Shown: positions 41,776 to 52,459, numbered from the stretch's first letter. The stretch: DNA of 64,000 nucleotides from SAR116 cluster bacterium AG-313-A07 (GCA_003284265.1 QBVV01000005.1:500-64499); one strand, 5' to 3'. Numbers and translations are program-made. Notes: a model not told the origin generated them from the sequence alone.

Positions 41776-43530
41776 TCAAACGTTTATCTGTGCCCTTTTT
41801 AACTGAGCTTGGAACCGATTTACCACTCTATCTTTTTCATCGGCATCCTCGACTTGAGCAACCAGCTGATTACTGAAATCTGGGTCTTTTATATGTGCAG
41901 CTAAAATCTTTCGAGGGATTTCTGAGGCTCGTCCTTTTGGTAGCATTTCTTCTTGGCACATCCCAACTAGCATAAGTGCTCGAAGATGCATTGGCCGCTG
42001 AGCGTTATCAATCTTTTCTATGATTTTTGACTCCTCGATATACGTAAATAAAAGGTCGTCAAGCTTCGTCATTATTTGCTGTTTTTTATCGGCCTCGAGA
42101 TCAGACCTTTCTATCTGGTGAAAGCTAGCGGTCACTTGCTGCATTTTCTGGTTAGGGGGAAGGTTGGTGACAACCATAGAATTCAGGGATGTTGGTTCTA
42201 AAAATAAATGATCTATCTGTGCTGCTATATGTTCTCTGAGTTGCTCAATTCCTTTTTTAGACTCACCTAGGGATAGCAAAAATGCAATTTTTCTAGCTGG
42301 TGAGCTCAACCTAGAAACCAGTGTTGTAACAGCCTCTTTCAATCCAGTTAATCCACCTTTGTTAATGATCCGTGTCTGTCTTTCTAATATTGCTCGTGCA
42401 AGTTCACCCCCACCCTTAACTCCATCAGAAATTACGAGTCGATCCAGAATAGCATCAAATCGTTCACGTTCCCCTTCTTCTCCTGTTTTTGAAAGTGCGG
42501 CGTTGCCTCCTATCTGTTGGCTGACTCGTTCAGTGAGAATTTGACTACTTTCCAGAAGGTCAGTGCTACCTAGTAAACGGTTTAATTTTGCCTTAGTTTC
42601 CTCAATACTACCGCTTTGCATATCTTCAATTTTGCCAAGTTCCAAAGACCCTGAACCTAGATCGAGCATCTTGATAATGGCGCTTCCCAAGTCGGTCTGA
42701 TCCCCCAGTAGATCTTGGATTACAGAATTATTCATTAATATGTCCGCAATGAACCTATCAATAGCGGCTAGTCCTCTGGAATCCTGAGCGGCTTCCCCTA
42801 ACTCAATACTTTGAACGAGTTTACCCCACCAATCTCTAATATCTATAAGCTGTTTTGTGATTGCAGTATTGAGGAGATGTTCGAAATCGTCGCCTTGCGA
42901 TATTCCATCGATAGTTGCCACAGATTGATCAAAATTTGTTGAATCTATTTTTGGAAGCGACTTATCCTCTGCTTTTTTAGCATCTTCCGTAATAGCCTGA
43001 ACAAATTCGAACAACTTATCACGTCGTTCGTTTGCATTCCCTAGGTCTGGGTCTGCCTGTAATTTTGATACTTTTGCTATTGCGGATGGCACGAGTGCGT
43101 CGGCATCCATAACTCTTTTGAGTTCTTTGCTATTATGAAGAACTTCAATGGCAGTGATATTATTTTTATCAAGATAACGCCTAAAGAGTTTATTTATTAC
43201 TTTCCTACTCGGAGTCAATAAAAGGTCTTTGGCTATTGAACAGTCTGGTGCCTCATCGATATCATTGATGAATATTTTTTCTTGTCCTGCTTCCTTCAGT
43301 TTTTCAAAGATAATATCTTCGTCTTCGAGTTGATCTATAGACTTTGCTATTAAAACATGGTCGAGGACAATCCTGACTCCTGTGACGCCAGGCTCACTTA
43401 GCATCTGGTTGGCGACTTCTTCAGCTTCAACTTTTTTTGTTACCGTTGCGTCAATTTGCCAAGTTGTGTCATGTAGAGTTAAAATTTCAAAAGGCATAAA
43501 TTTTTCCCGATTAACCGTATGGACGGACAT
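41776..43530 (-). CDS. Hypothetical protein, 584 aa, acidic and predicted largely helical; no recognisable domain
   Basis: A long clean ORF with coding-like composition. I recognise no TM segments, signal peptide, P-loop or other motif. Confidence 0.75.
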   Translation of the reverse strand: MSVHTVNREKFMPFEILTLHDTTWQIDATVTKKVEAEEVANQMLSEPGVTGVRIVLDHVLIAKSIDQLEDEDIIFEKLKEAGQEKIFINDIDEAPDCSIAKDLLLTPSRKVINKLFRRYLDKNNITAIEVLHNSKELKRVMDADALVPSAIAKVSKLQADPDLGNANERRDKLFEFVQAITEDAKKAEDKSLPKIDSTNFDQSVATIDGISQGDDFEHLLNTAITKQLIDIRDWWGKLVQSIELGEAAQDSRGLAAIDRFIADILMNNSVIQDLLGDQTDLGSAIIKMLDLGSGSLELGKIEDMQSGSIEETKAKLNRLLGSTDLLESSQILTERVSQQIGGNAALSKTGEEGERERFDAILDRLVISDGVKGGGELARAILERQTRIINKGGLTGLKEAVTTLVSRLSSPARKIAFLLSLGESKKGIEQLREHIAAQIDHLFLEPTSLNSMVVTNLPPNQKMQQVTASFHQIERSDLEADKKQQIMTKLDDLLFTYIEESKIIEKIDNAQRPMHLRALMLVGMCQEEMLPKGRASEIPRKILAAHIKDPDFSNQLVAQVEDADEKDRVVNRFQAQLKRAQINV

Positions 43531-43611
43531 AAAACGTAATATTAAACATACTTTCTGGGAAGCATGTTAACAAAAAACACTTAGATGAATGACTAAAAAG
43601 CTAAACTTTTT

Positions 43612-44508
43612 TCACTTAACAACACGGGTACACTTTTTTTTCCCAAAAGAATAATGCTCGGAGTAAATATTTAATAAATTTCCCGCAAATATTATGGTTC
43701 CACCAAACAAGATCAGCAAATCCCAAGGTTCATCATAAAAATTAAAGCCAATAAATGCAATCAAAGGTAGCCGCATGAAATCCAGCGGTGTAACTACAGC
43801 AGCATCTCCATGTCTAAACGCGTGCGCGAAGCAAAAATGTGAAGTCAGTCCGGTTAACCCTAGTAATATTGCCCAGGGCCAAAGTTCAAATGATGGTATA
43901 TTCCAGTCAGGTATAGAGGCGGCTAACCCGATTGGAAGTTGTATTAAGTTCATATAAAAAATAATTGTTAGTGGGCTTTCTGTGGATGCCATATATCGTG
44001 TAAATACATATGTTGAAGAGAAACATATTGTTGCAAATAAAACTACTAACGCAGCAGGTTGAATGATCTGTAATCCGGGTCGTAAGATGATTAGGACCCC
44101 TATAAAACCTATCAAGATACTGGCGGTGCGATAACGCGTTAGCTGTTCTTTTAAGAGTATCGTAGCTAAAATAGCCGTCCAGATTGGAGCAGTGAATTCA
44201 ATGGCAAAGACTTCCGCTAAGGGCAGCAGCGCCACGCCATACAGCCAGCCGGTTTGACCGCCAAAATGAATAGTATTACGGAAAACATGTAATTTTAATT
44301 TCCGTGTTTTTACTTTTTTAAAACCAATGATTGTTAATAAAACGAATAATGACAACAAACATAGAAAACTTCTGGTAAAAGAAATTTGAAAAGCATTGAG
44401 TTCACTGGAAAGTTCGCGTCCAGCAATGGCCATGCCAGATATAGATATCAGAGCTCCAACCATCCAAAGGGTGGCGAGATAAGGCCTTTGTTGACGTTCA
44501 GTTCCCAT
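43612..44508 (-). CDS. DMT-superfamily (EamA-type) transporter
   Basis: 298 aa with about 10 hydrophobic helices and a duplicated EamA-like architecture. Confidence 0.85.
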   Translation of the reverse strand: MGTERQQRPYLATLWMVGALISISGMAIAGRELSSELNAFQISFTRSFLCLLSLFVLLTIIGFKKVKTRKLKLHVFRNTIHFGGQTGWLYGVALLPLAEVFAIEFTAPIWTAILATILLKEQLTRYRTASILIGFIGVLIILRPGLQIIQPAALVVLFATICFSSTYVFTRYMASTESPLTIIFYMNLIQLPIGLAASIPDWNIPSFELWPWAILLGLTGLTSHFCFAHAFRHGDAAVVTPLDFMRLPLIAFIGFNFYDEPWDLLILFGGTIIFAGNLLNIYSEHYSFGKKKCTRVVK

Positions 44509-44706
44509 TTTTCAATACTATCTAGCTATATTAACCAACAACCCAAGACCACGATGTGACCACTTAAGATTTAAATGAGCAGGGATCTTAATATAGCTCC
44601 TTCTTAAAATAGGCGAGAAAATAAAGCATTTGACAAGTTGTTTTTCACTACTGTTTGAGGCTGCATGATCTCTTCTAAATTAACGTATAAAAAAAGAGGA
44701 CTAATT

Positions 44707-44736
44707 TTGTACTGTTTTCACTAGCATTTTTAATAT
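44707..44736 (+). promoter_or_regulatory. Putative promoter of the Rrf2-suf operon
   Basis: TTGTAC (44707-44712), a 17-18 nt spacer, then TTAATA/TAATAT (44730-44736). It overlaps one copy of a repeated TACTGTTT/TTTTCACTA motif. Confidence 0.35.
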
Positions 44737-44780
44737 AAAAGCCTATGTTACAGAATTGTTCGGATAAATTTAGGTGCGGT

Positions 44781-45254
44781 ATGCTTAAACTGAATAGACT
44801 AACGGATTATGCTGTGGTGGTTTTGAGTCGCTTGTCAAAGCAGGTTGGTATAGTGCAGACTGCGAACGAAATTTCTGATGGAACAGGGCTCCCCATGCCA
44901 ACTGTTTCCAAAATACTTAAGTTAATGGCTGGTTCTTCATTGATAGAGTCGCATCGAGGGGTAAACGGGGGCTATTCTCTCTCGAGGGGGGCTGACTCTG
45001 TTCGCGTTTCAGAGATAATCGAGGCCCTCGAGGGGCCAATAGCCTTGACAGCCTGTGTTGATGGAACAACTGATCAGTGTACGATCGAGGGGTCATGTCC
45101 GATGCGTGGTAATTGGAATACCGTGAATGATGCGATAAGAACGGCTCTAAGTGGGGTTACACTGGCAGATTTGTTAGATCCCGGAGAGATATTTCCAGTA
45201 AATTCCCTCAGCAAAAAAACTAACCGGGGTCCTATCTCGTATCAGACTAGCTAA
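44781..45254 (+). CDS. Rrf2-family transcriptional regulator (IscR/RirA-like) heading the suf operon
   Basis: The start is taken at the ATG at 44781 (MLKLNRLTDYAVVVL), after AGGTG. The wHTH is Rrf2-like. It has three Cys spaced C-x7-C-x5-C (ACVDGTTDQCTIEGSC). Confidence 0.85.
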   Translation: MLKLNRLTDYAVVVLSRLSKQVGIVQTANEISDGTGLPMPTVSKILKLMAGSSLIESHRGVNGGYSLSRGADSVRVSEIIEALEGPIALTACVDGTTDQCTIEGSCPMRGNWNTVNDAIRTALSGVTLADLLDPGEIFPVNSLSKKTNRGPISYQTS

Positions 45255-45294
45255 CGTTTAAAACCAAAAAATTTCAATAAAGAACGGATAAATT

Positions 45295-46752
45295 ATGTCG
45301 ATCTCCGAAGAGACAGTTGACCAAGTAAAGAAACTTGAAGCTGACAAATATAAATACGGATTTGTCACTGATATAGAGATGGAGACAGCTCCGAAGGGGT
45401 TAAACGAAGATATTATTCGATTCATTTCAGAAAAAAAAGAAGAGCCTCAATGGATGCTAGAGTGGCGCCTTAAGGCTTATAAACACTGGTTGACAATGGA
45501 GGAGCCCAATTGGGCAAAAGTTGGGTATAAAAAAATAGATTACCAGGACCTCTACTATTACGCTGCGCCAAAATCTATGGACAGACCGAAAAGTCTGGAT
45601 GAAGTTGATCCAGAACTTCTTAAAACGTACGAAAAATTGGGTATCCCTCTCAAAGAACAAGAGTTGCTCTCCGGGGTGGTGGCTGTCGACGCTGTGTTTG
45701 ACTCGGTATCCGTAGCTACTACGTACAAGGCAAAATTGACGGAAATGGGTGTAATTTTTTGTTCAATATCAGAGGCTGTTCGCGAATATCCAGAGCTTGT
45801 AAAGAAATACCTCGGTTCAGTTGTTCCGCATTCAGATAACTATTTTTCTGCCTTAAACTGCGCTGTTTTTACAGATGGCTCATTTGTATATGTCCCAAAA
45901 GGATTACGATGTCCCATGGAACTATCGACTTATTTTCGGATCAATGCTGAAAATACGGGACAATTTGAACGTACTATGATAATCGCGGATGAGGGTTCTT
46001 ACGTTAGCTATTTGGAAGGGTGTACTGCCCCTCAGCGTGATGAGAACCAGTTACATGCGGCCGTAGTCGAACTTGTAGCGTTAACCAATGCAGAAATTAA
46101 ATATTCTACTGTACAGAACTGGTACCCGGGTGATGAAACGGGGGCTGGCGGTATATACAATTTTGTAACCAAACGGGGCGCCTGTCGGGGAGATAATTCA
46201 AAAATTTCATGGACACAGGTAGAGACGGGCTCAGCAGTGACTTGGAAATACCCGAGCTGCATTTTACAGGGTGATAACTCAATTGGTGAATTCTATTCTG
46301 TTGCGATTACAAACAACGCGCAACAGGCCGATACAGGAACTAAAATGATCCACTTAGGAAAAAATACGAAATCAACAATAATCTCTAAGGGTATAAGTGC
46401 TGGTCGAGCTGACAACACATATCGTGGATTAGTCAAGATTATGCCTAAAGCTGAAGGAGCGCGTAATTTTACTCAGTGTGACAGTTTGTTAATAGGTAAT
46501 ACTTGTGGGGCGCATACCGTACCATATATCGAAACGCGCAACCCGACAGCCCGAGTAGAACATGAAGCAACAACATCGAAAATCAGTGAAGACCAGATGT
46601 TTTATTGTCAGCAACGTGGGCTATCTCCCGAAGAAGCGGTATCACTAATAGTCAATGGGTTTTGTAAAGAGGTAATGAAAGAGTTACCTATGGAATTTGC
46701 AGTCGAAGCTCAAAAATTAATTGGTATCAGCCTCGAAGGTAGTGTCGGTTAA
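45295..46752 (+). CDS. sufB: Fe-S cluster assembly scaffold SufB
   Basis: 485 aa, SufB-like throughout ([22 protein letters not shown]). Confidence 0.97.
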   Translation: MSISEETVDQVKKLEADKYKYGFVTDIEMETAPKGLNEDIIRFISEKKEEPQWMLEWRLKAYKHWLTMEEPNWAKVGYKKIDYQDLYYYAAPKSMDRPKSLDEVDPELLKTYEKLGIPLKEQELLSGVVAVDAVFDSVSVATTYKAKLTEMGVIFCSISEAVREYPELVKKYLGSVVPHSDNYFSALNCAVFTDGSFVYVPKGLRCPMELSTYFRINAENTGQFERTMIIADEGSYVSYLEGCTAPQRDENQLHAAVVELVALTNAEIKYSTVQNWYPGDETGAGGIYNFVTKRGACRGDNSKISWTQVETGSAVTWKYPSCILQGDNSIGEFYSVAITNNAQQADTGTKMIHLGKNTKSTIISKGISAGRADNTYRGLVKIMPKAEGARNFTQCDSLLIGNTCGAHTVPYIETRNPTARVEHEATTSKISEDQMFYCQQRGLSPEEAVSLIVNGFCKEVMKELPMEFAVEAQKLIGISLEGSVG

Positions 46753-46787
46753 TTGAGGTGTAGGGAATACAAAGGGGAATATTATAA

Positions 46788-47543
46788 ATGTCATTGTTAT
46801 CGATAAGGGACCTTCATGCCACAGTTGGTGGCAATGAAATATTGAAGGGGATCAATTTAGAAATTGGTCCCGGAGAGATACATGCGGTCATGGGGCCCAA
46901 TGGTTCTGGAAAAAGTACTCTTTCATATGTACTTGCAGGGCGTGAAGGATACGAAGTGACCAGGGGAACAATAGCGTTCAAAGGTAAAGATCTAATAGAC
47001 CTAGCAGCCGATGAGCGTGCAAATGAAGGGGTCTTTCTTGCTTTTCAGTATCCGGTTGAGGTCCCGGGTGTTGTAGGCATGACGTTTTTGCGAGAAGCTT
47101 ATAATGCCAAGTTGCGATATTTGGGGAAACAGGAAATTGATGCGATGGAGTTTTTGAAGTTTGTCCGATCGAGGGCAAAAACATTGAATATGAGTGACGA
47201 TATGCTTAAGCGGGCTGTAAATGTAGGGTTCTCTGGCGGAGAAAAGAAAAGGAATGAAATATTACAAATGGCGGTGTTGGAACCGGATTTAGCAATTCTG
47301 GATGAGACAGACTCTGGGCTCGACATTGATGCTTTGAAGTTAGTTTCCGACGGTGTGAACGAACTCCGCTCTGAAAATCGTAGTATGTTGATAATAACCC
47401 ACTATCAACGCCTCTTGAATTATATCCAGCCGGATCATGTGCATGTTTTAGCGCACGGTAAAATTCAGCGATCTGGTGGTAAGGAATTAGCCCTGGAGCT
47501 GGAAGCAAAAGGGTATGCCGAATTTTCGGAAGAGGCTGCTTGA
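46788..47543 (+). CDS. sufC: Fe-S cluster assembly ATPase SufC
   Basis: Walker A GPNGSGKST, ABC signature FSGGEKKR and Walker B AILDETDSGLD. Confidence 0.97.
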   Translation: MSLLSIRDLHATVGGNEILKGINLEIGPGEIHAVMGPNGSGKSTLSYVLAGREGYEVTRGTIAFKGKDLIDLAADERANEGVFLAFQYPVEVPGVVGMTFLREAYNAKLRYLGKQEIDAMEFLKFVRSRAKTLNMSDDMLKRAVNVGFSGGEKKRNEILQMAVLEPDLAILDETDSGLDIDALKLVSDGVNELRSENRSMLIITHYQRLLNYIQPDHVHVLAHGKIQRSGGKELALELEAKGYAEFSEEAA

Positions 47544-48847
47544 TGGCTCTTCAACCAGTTGCTAAGCTTCCGTTTGAAGGTCTTATAGCTGATGCGCGTA
47601 GCCATAAGCTTGGCAAATGGCACAGTAAATTAAGCGAACGTGCTTTAGAACAATATGCAGAAATAGGCTGGCCTGGTCCAAAGACGGAGTCGTGGAAATA
47701 CACTAGCCTGAACAAAATAGCATCTGGGACCTTCTCGTTAGCTCGGGAATATTCGGCGATTGTTCCGGAAGATATGATAATGCCGCTGACGTGTCCGAGA
47801 CTTGTACTTGTCAATGGCGTATTGAACAAAGAACTCTCCAATCTGGAACAGCTTATTGGTAACTTGTCGATTACATCGCTGGTTGACATCGAGGATCATC
47901 AGAAAACGTTTTTTGATGACTTATTTAAAAGCGAAGAATCGAAAGGGGACTTGCCCTTAACTTATCTAAATACTGCTATACTGTCCGATGCCGTAATGTT
48001 GGAAATTACAGAAGGCTCAAAATGCGAACTGCCGTTGCATATAATATCGATTGGCTCCGGTAACGGGATAACGTTTGCTCCTCGATTAATCGTTAACGTG
48101 GGGATAGGCGCTAAGGTTGATTTTATAGAAAGTCATGTTGGATGCTCTGATAGCGTGTATTTCTCGAATTCAGTAACGCAATTGTATTTGGGCGACAATT
48201 CAGAAGTTGGTCATTATAAACTGCAAAACGATAGTAGAGACTCGTCTCACATTAGCCTTACAAGGGCGGTGATTGATGACGGCGCTTCCTATGATAATTT
48301 CACAATGAGTGTCGGTGCAAAATTATCAAGGAATGAAGTGAGAGCTCATTTAAAAGGGAGTGGAGTTGAATGTTGCATAAATGGAGCATATCTTGGCGCA
48401 GCTGATCAACACATAGATAATACTACGTTCATAGAGCACCAGGCTGAAGGGAGTTCTAGCCGAGAGGTCTTTAAGGGCGTTTTAGATGATACTGCTCGAG
48501 GCGTTTTTCAGGGGAAAATACTGGTTCATCCTGAAGCACAGAAAACTGACGGTTATCAAATGAATAGAGCAATGTTGTTATCAGATAAGGCCGAGATAGA
48601 CTCAAAACCCGAGTTGGAAATTTACGCAGATGATGTGCGTTGTAGTCATGGTGCAACGGTTGGCGAACTAGAGGATGAGCTTATATTCTACTTATGCGCG
48701 AGGGGAATAGATCGGGAGAGTGCACGCAGGATGTTGATAGGGGCCTATATTAGCGACGCAATCGATGAAGTTAAGAATATTGATATACGGTCATCTATCC
48801 AGAGTGTTGCTGAAAATTGGTTGAAACAGAATTTGTATGAAAAATAA
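47540..48847 (+). CDS. sufD: Fe-S cluster assembly protein SufD
   Basis: 435 aa with a SufD-like C-terminal beta-helix region (ELEIYADDVRCSHGATVG). Overlaps the sufC stop by 4 nt. Confidence 0.9.
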   Translation: MMALQPVAKLPFEGLIADARSHKLGKWHSKLSERALEQYAEIGWPGPKTESWKYTSLNKIASGTFSLAREYSAIVPEDMIMPLTCPRLVLVNGVLNKELSNLEQLIGNLSITSLVDIEDHQKTFFDDLFKSEESKGDLPLTYLNTAILSDAVMLEITEGSKCELPLHIISIGSGNGITFAPRLIVNVGIGAKVDFIESHVGCSDSVYFSNSVTQLYLGDNSEVGHYKLQNDSRDSSHISLTRAVIDDGASYDNFTMSVGAKLSRNEVRAHLKGSGVECCINGAYLGAADQHIDNTTFIEHQAEGSSSREVFKGVLDDTARGVFQGKILVHPEAQKTDGYQMNRAMLLSDKAEIDSKPELEIYADDVRCSHGATVGELEDELIFYLCARGIDRESARRMLIGAYISDAIDEVKNIDIRSSIQSVAENWLKQNLYEK

Positions 48848-48864
48848 TGATGCAGGGTGGAATG

Positions 48865-50085
48865 ATGCCATTTGATATTGATGCAATCCGAGATGACTTT
48901 CCAATATTAAAAGAGGAAGTTCGGGGTAAGAGATTAGTGTACTTAGACTCAGCTGGATCATCGCAAAAACCAACTCAGGTAATTGAGTCACTGAAGCGCG
49001 TATATGAAACTGAATATTCCAACGTCCACAGAGGTCTGCACTATATGTCAGAGCAAACTTCAGCGCGCTACGAGGAAGCTCGGAGTAAAGTGGCAAAATT
49101 CTTGAATGCTGAGTTTGATCAGGAAATTATATTTACCAAAGGTACTACAGAGTCGATTAACCTCGTTGCAAGCAGTTTTGGCCGTAAAAATCTGGGGCCT
49201 GATGATGAAATTTTAATAACGTGGGCAGAACATCATTCAAATATTATACCTTGGCAATTATTAAGAGACCAGATTGGCTGTGAGATTAAAGTTGTACCAG
49301 TCGATGATGATGGCGCGATTAGTCTTGAGTCGTTTAAGAAGTTGATTTCCAAAAAGACCAAGATTGTAGCTTTTTGCCACGTCTCGAATGTTTTAGGTAC
49401 CGTGCTTCCAGTTAAAGAGGTAGCCGAGATTGCCCACCAGAACGGTGCCGTGGTAGTGATCGATGGTGCACAGGGGGTCGTACATATGCCCGTTGATGTT
49501 CAAGACTTAGGTGCGGATTTCTATGCGTTTGGAGGACATAAAGTTTATGGACCATCTGGGATAGGCGTGCTTTATGGTAAAAGGGATTTACTCAATCAGA
49601 TGCCACCATATCAAGGTGGCGGTGGCATGATTAACACCGTAAGTTTTAGTGAAACCACTTGGGCAGACCTACCTGATAAGTTTGAAGCAGGTACTCCACC
49701 AATCGCTCAAGCCATTGGATTGGGCGAAGCGATAGATTATATGGAAAATATTGGCCTCAGTAAAATCGCAAAATATGAGTTGGACTTGTTAAATTATGCC
49801 ACTCAACGTCTATCAGGAATTGATGGGCTGAACTTTATTGGAACAGCTCCCGGAAAAGTAAGCGTCTTATCTTTCACGATGGATTGCGCCCATCCGCATG
49901 ATATAGCAACGATTGTGGATCAGGACGGTGTGGCTGTTAGAGCAGGTCATCACTGCGCGCAGCCACTTATGGAGCGTTTTGATATACCATCGGCCGCCAG
50001 AGCTAGTTTTGGATTGTATAATACGCGAGAAGATGTTGATGTTCTTGCTCGTAGTCTTGAAAAAGTGAATGAGATTTTCAAATGA
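48865..50085 (+). CDS. sufS: Cysteine desulfurase SufS
   Basis: The start at the ATG at 48865 (MPFDIDAIRDDFPIL) follows AGGGTGG; the track ORF begins at 48847. PLP-Lys context GHKVYGPSG and catalytic Cys context RAGHHCAQP. Confidence 0.93.
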   Translation: MPFDIDAIRDDFPILKEEVRGKRLVYLDSAGSSQKPTQVIESLKRVYETEYSNVHRGLHYMSEQTSARYEEARSKVAKFLNAEFDQEIIFTKGTTESINLVASSFGRKNLGPDDEILITWAEHHSNIIPWQLLRDQIGCEIKVVPVDDDGAISLESFKKLISKKTKIVAFCHVSNVLGTVLPVKEVAEIAHQNGAVVVIDGAQGVVHMPVDVQDLGADFYAFGGHKVYGPSGIGVLYGKRDLLNQMPPYQGGGGMINTVSFSETTWADLPDKFEAGTPPIAQAIGLGEAIDYMENIGLSKIAKYELDLLNYATQRLSGIDGLNFIGTAPGKVSVLSFTMDCAHPHDIATIVDQDGVAVRAGHHCAQPLMERFDIPSAARASFGLYNTREDVDVLARSLEKVNEIFK

Positions 50086-50495
50086 CAGATTTTGATCCAG
50101 GTATAAACCCATACGGGTCCTTTATGACGGGGCCAAGTGTACCCGAAGGTACAACCGCTAGAGCCGGTGCAAAATTAGAAGCCGGGGTGACATTAGCGTC
50201 TGACGAGGCTATCGTAGAAGCCTTAAGAACCGTGCATGATCCAGAGATCCCGGTAAATATCTATGACCTGGGCTTAATTTATAATACCGAACGCATTGAA
50301 AATGGTGATGTTAAAGTGCTGATGACCTTAACTGCACCGGCCTGTCCTGTTGCGGGTGAGATGCCATATGACGTAGCAGCAGCTGTATCGGCAGTTGATG
50401 GTGTAGGAGAGGTCGAGGTTGTGTTGACATGGGAGCCAGCGTGGACGCAAGACCGGATGACTGAAGACGCCAAATTAGTGTTAAATATTTTTTAA
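50082..50495 (+). CDS. DUF59-type Fe-S assembly protein (SufT/PaaD-like)
   Basis: 137 aa containing VHDPEIPVNIYDLGLIY...LTAPACP. Overlaps the sufS stop by 4 nt. Confidence 0.85.
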   Translation: MTDFDPGINPYGSFMTGPSVPEGTTARAGAKLEAGVTLASDEAIVEALRTVHDPEIPVNIYDLGLIYNTERIENGDVKVLMTLTAPACPVAGEMPYDVAAAVSAVDGVGEVEVVLTWEPAWTQDRMTEDAKLVLNIF

Positions 50496-50561
50496 TTAGA
50501 ACGATATTAGTGTATGTTAGATGCATCAAAGTTTGTGATCTTTGAGTAACAATACTTTTGG

Positions 50562-50930
50562 ATGGAAATTATGTTTCAATTTGAACCGGGAAAAGCACCG
50601 ATAACGCTCACTGAGGCAGCTGTTGCGAGAGCTAAACTGTTAATGGAGAAAAGCGGTGACGAGAAAGTGTTGGGGCTTAGAGTGGGAGTAAAGACAACCG
50701 GCTGTTCCGGACTGAGTTATTTTGTGGAATATGCAACGGAGCAAAAGAAGTTTGAAGATAAAGTAGAAGAAAATGGGATCACCTTATTTATAGACCCCAC
50801 AGCTGTTATGTTCATCATTGGGTCAGAAATGGACTATAAAGAAGATAAAATGTCCTCTGGTTTCATTTTTAATAACCCAAATGAAATTAGTAGATGTGGA
50901 TGTGGTGAAAGTTTTTCGGTAGAACAATAA
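50562..50930 (+). CDS. sufA: A-type Fe-S cluster carrier (SufA/IscA/ErpA family)
   Basis: GCSG plus a C-terminal CGCGESF motif. The start could instead be the ATG at 50571. Confidence 0.88.
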   Translation: MEIMFQFEPGKAPITLTEAAVARAKLLMEKSGDEKVLGLRVGVKTTGCSGLSYFVEYATEQKKFEDKVEENGITLFIDPTAVMFIIGSEMDYKEDKMSSGFIFNNPNEISRCGCGESFSVEQ

Positions 50931-51014
50931 ACCGTCGTCCTCTATTGATATAAAAACCATAATTATTTGCATTAAACGGTTTTAACCGGTTTTGCTGTCC
51001 AGCCTGGAACTATT

Positions 51015-51887
51015 ATGACCAATGAAAAAACTGGACCAAAATTATCAGGAATACTGTTTTTTACAGCCGCAATTCTGCTTATTTCCATTGTCGATACGAT
51101 TTGTAAAATATTTACAACTGAGTTGCATTCACTACAGTTAGTTTGGGGGTATTTTCTCGGCATAAATTTAACGCTTTGGATTTTTTTTTACTGTCGCCGA
51201 GAGCGTATCACTAACCTAGTTAAAACAGAAAGAATTGTTGTGCAATCGATGCGTCCAGCGTTTTTGGCAGCATCGATAACGTCATTGTTTCTGGGTCTAA
51301 CATATTTACCGATAGCGGAAGCAACGACTATAGGTTTTACGGCACCATTATTCATAACAGCGTTATCGGGTCCGATATTGCGCGAAAAAGTTGGAATTCA
51401 TCGGTGGTTAGCAGTAGTTATCGGTCTGGTTGGTGTACTTGTTATTGTTAGGCCTGGCGGAGGACTTTGGCATTGGGCGTCACTAATGCCTTTTGTTGGG
51501 GCGATCTTTTTCGCCGTTTTTCAAATCATTACTAGATTGTTATCGAAAACAGAAAAAACTAATACGACATTATTTTATACAGGGTTGGGTGGATTTTTTT
51601 GGACCAGTATTATTGTCCCATTTGTCTGGGTCACACCTTCGCTTTTGCACTGGATGGTATTTCTTTTGACGGGTGCAATGGGAGCTGCTGCCCATTTGTG
51701 TATGATCAGTGCCTTTAATCGGGCGGAGGCGTCCCTTCTGGCTCCATTTAATTATACAAAGCTACTTTGGGTTTCGGTACTTGGGTTTCTGATCTTTGGT
51801 GATATCCCCAGTTTCAATATGTGGGCAGGTGCAACTATCATAGTCACTGCGGGAATTTATATCCTCTACCGTGAGCGTAACACCTAA
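51015..51887 (+). CDS. DMT-superfamily (EamA-type) transporter
   Basis: 290 aa with 10 predicted hydrophobic helices. Confidence 0.85.
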   Translation: MTNEKTGPKLSGILFFTAAILLISIVDTICKIFTTELHSLQLVWGYFLGINLTLWIFFYCRRERITNLVKTERIVVQSMRPAFLAASITSLFLGLTYLPIAEATTIGFTAPLFITALSGPILREKVGIHRWLAVVIGLVGVLVIVRPGGGLWHWASLMPFVGAIFFAVFQIITRLLSKTEKTNTTLFYTGLGGFFWTSIIVPFVWVTPSLLHWMVFLLTGAMGAAAHLCMISAFNRAEASLLAPFNYTKLLWVSVLGFLIFGDIPSFNMWAGATIIVTAGIYILYRERNT

Positions 51888-52004
51888 CAAAGACTGTCTT
51901 TGAAATTATTATATGTTTAAAGTAACAGCGTGAGAGTAGTGATGGTTAACGGCATTGATACTGAACGGTGAATTTTCAATAAAAAAGAGGAAATGGAGGG
52001 ATAA

Positions 52005-52433
52005 ATGCCAGAGATCATAACCGGCGGATGTCATTGTGGAAATCTAAAATTGAAATTTTCACTTTCAAAACCATTTTCAGAGTTGCCTATCAGAGCTTGC
52101 CAATGCAGTTTCTGCAGGAAACATAATGTTCGTGCGACCGCCGATCCAGATGGAAAATTAGACATTTTTATCCAAGATAAGACGAAGTTATCTAAATATC
52201 ACATGGGGTTAGGAGTAACCGATTTTCTTGTTTGTAAAGAATGTGGCGTTTATGTCAGTGCGGTCATGTTGGATCAAGAAAATAATGAAATGATCGGCAA
52301 CTGTATCGTGAATACTCTGGATATAGAGCAAGACAAAATTCAACTCTCTGAAGCGGCGCATTACGATTCAGAGTCGGCTGAATCTCGCCTTGAACGAAGG
52401 CGTTCTAGGTGGATGAAGGTAAACATTGTTTAA
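52005..52433 (+). CDS. GFA-family (glutathione-dependent formaldehyde-activating / CENP-V-like) zinc protein
   Basis: 142 aa with Cys clusters GGCHCG, ACQCSFCRKH and CKECG. Confidence 0.8.
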   Translation: MPEIITGGCHCGNLKLKFSLSKPFSELPIRACQCSFCRKHNVRATADPDGKLDIFIQDKTKLSKYHMGLGVTDFLVCKECGVYVSAVMLDQENNEMIGNCIVNTLDIEQDKIQLSEAAHYDSESAESRLERRRSRWMKVNIV

Positions 52434-52459
52434 TTATGTAGGATAGTTGCTATTGGCTA

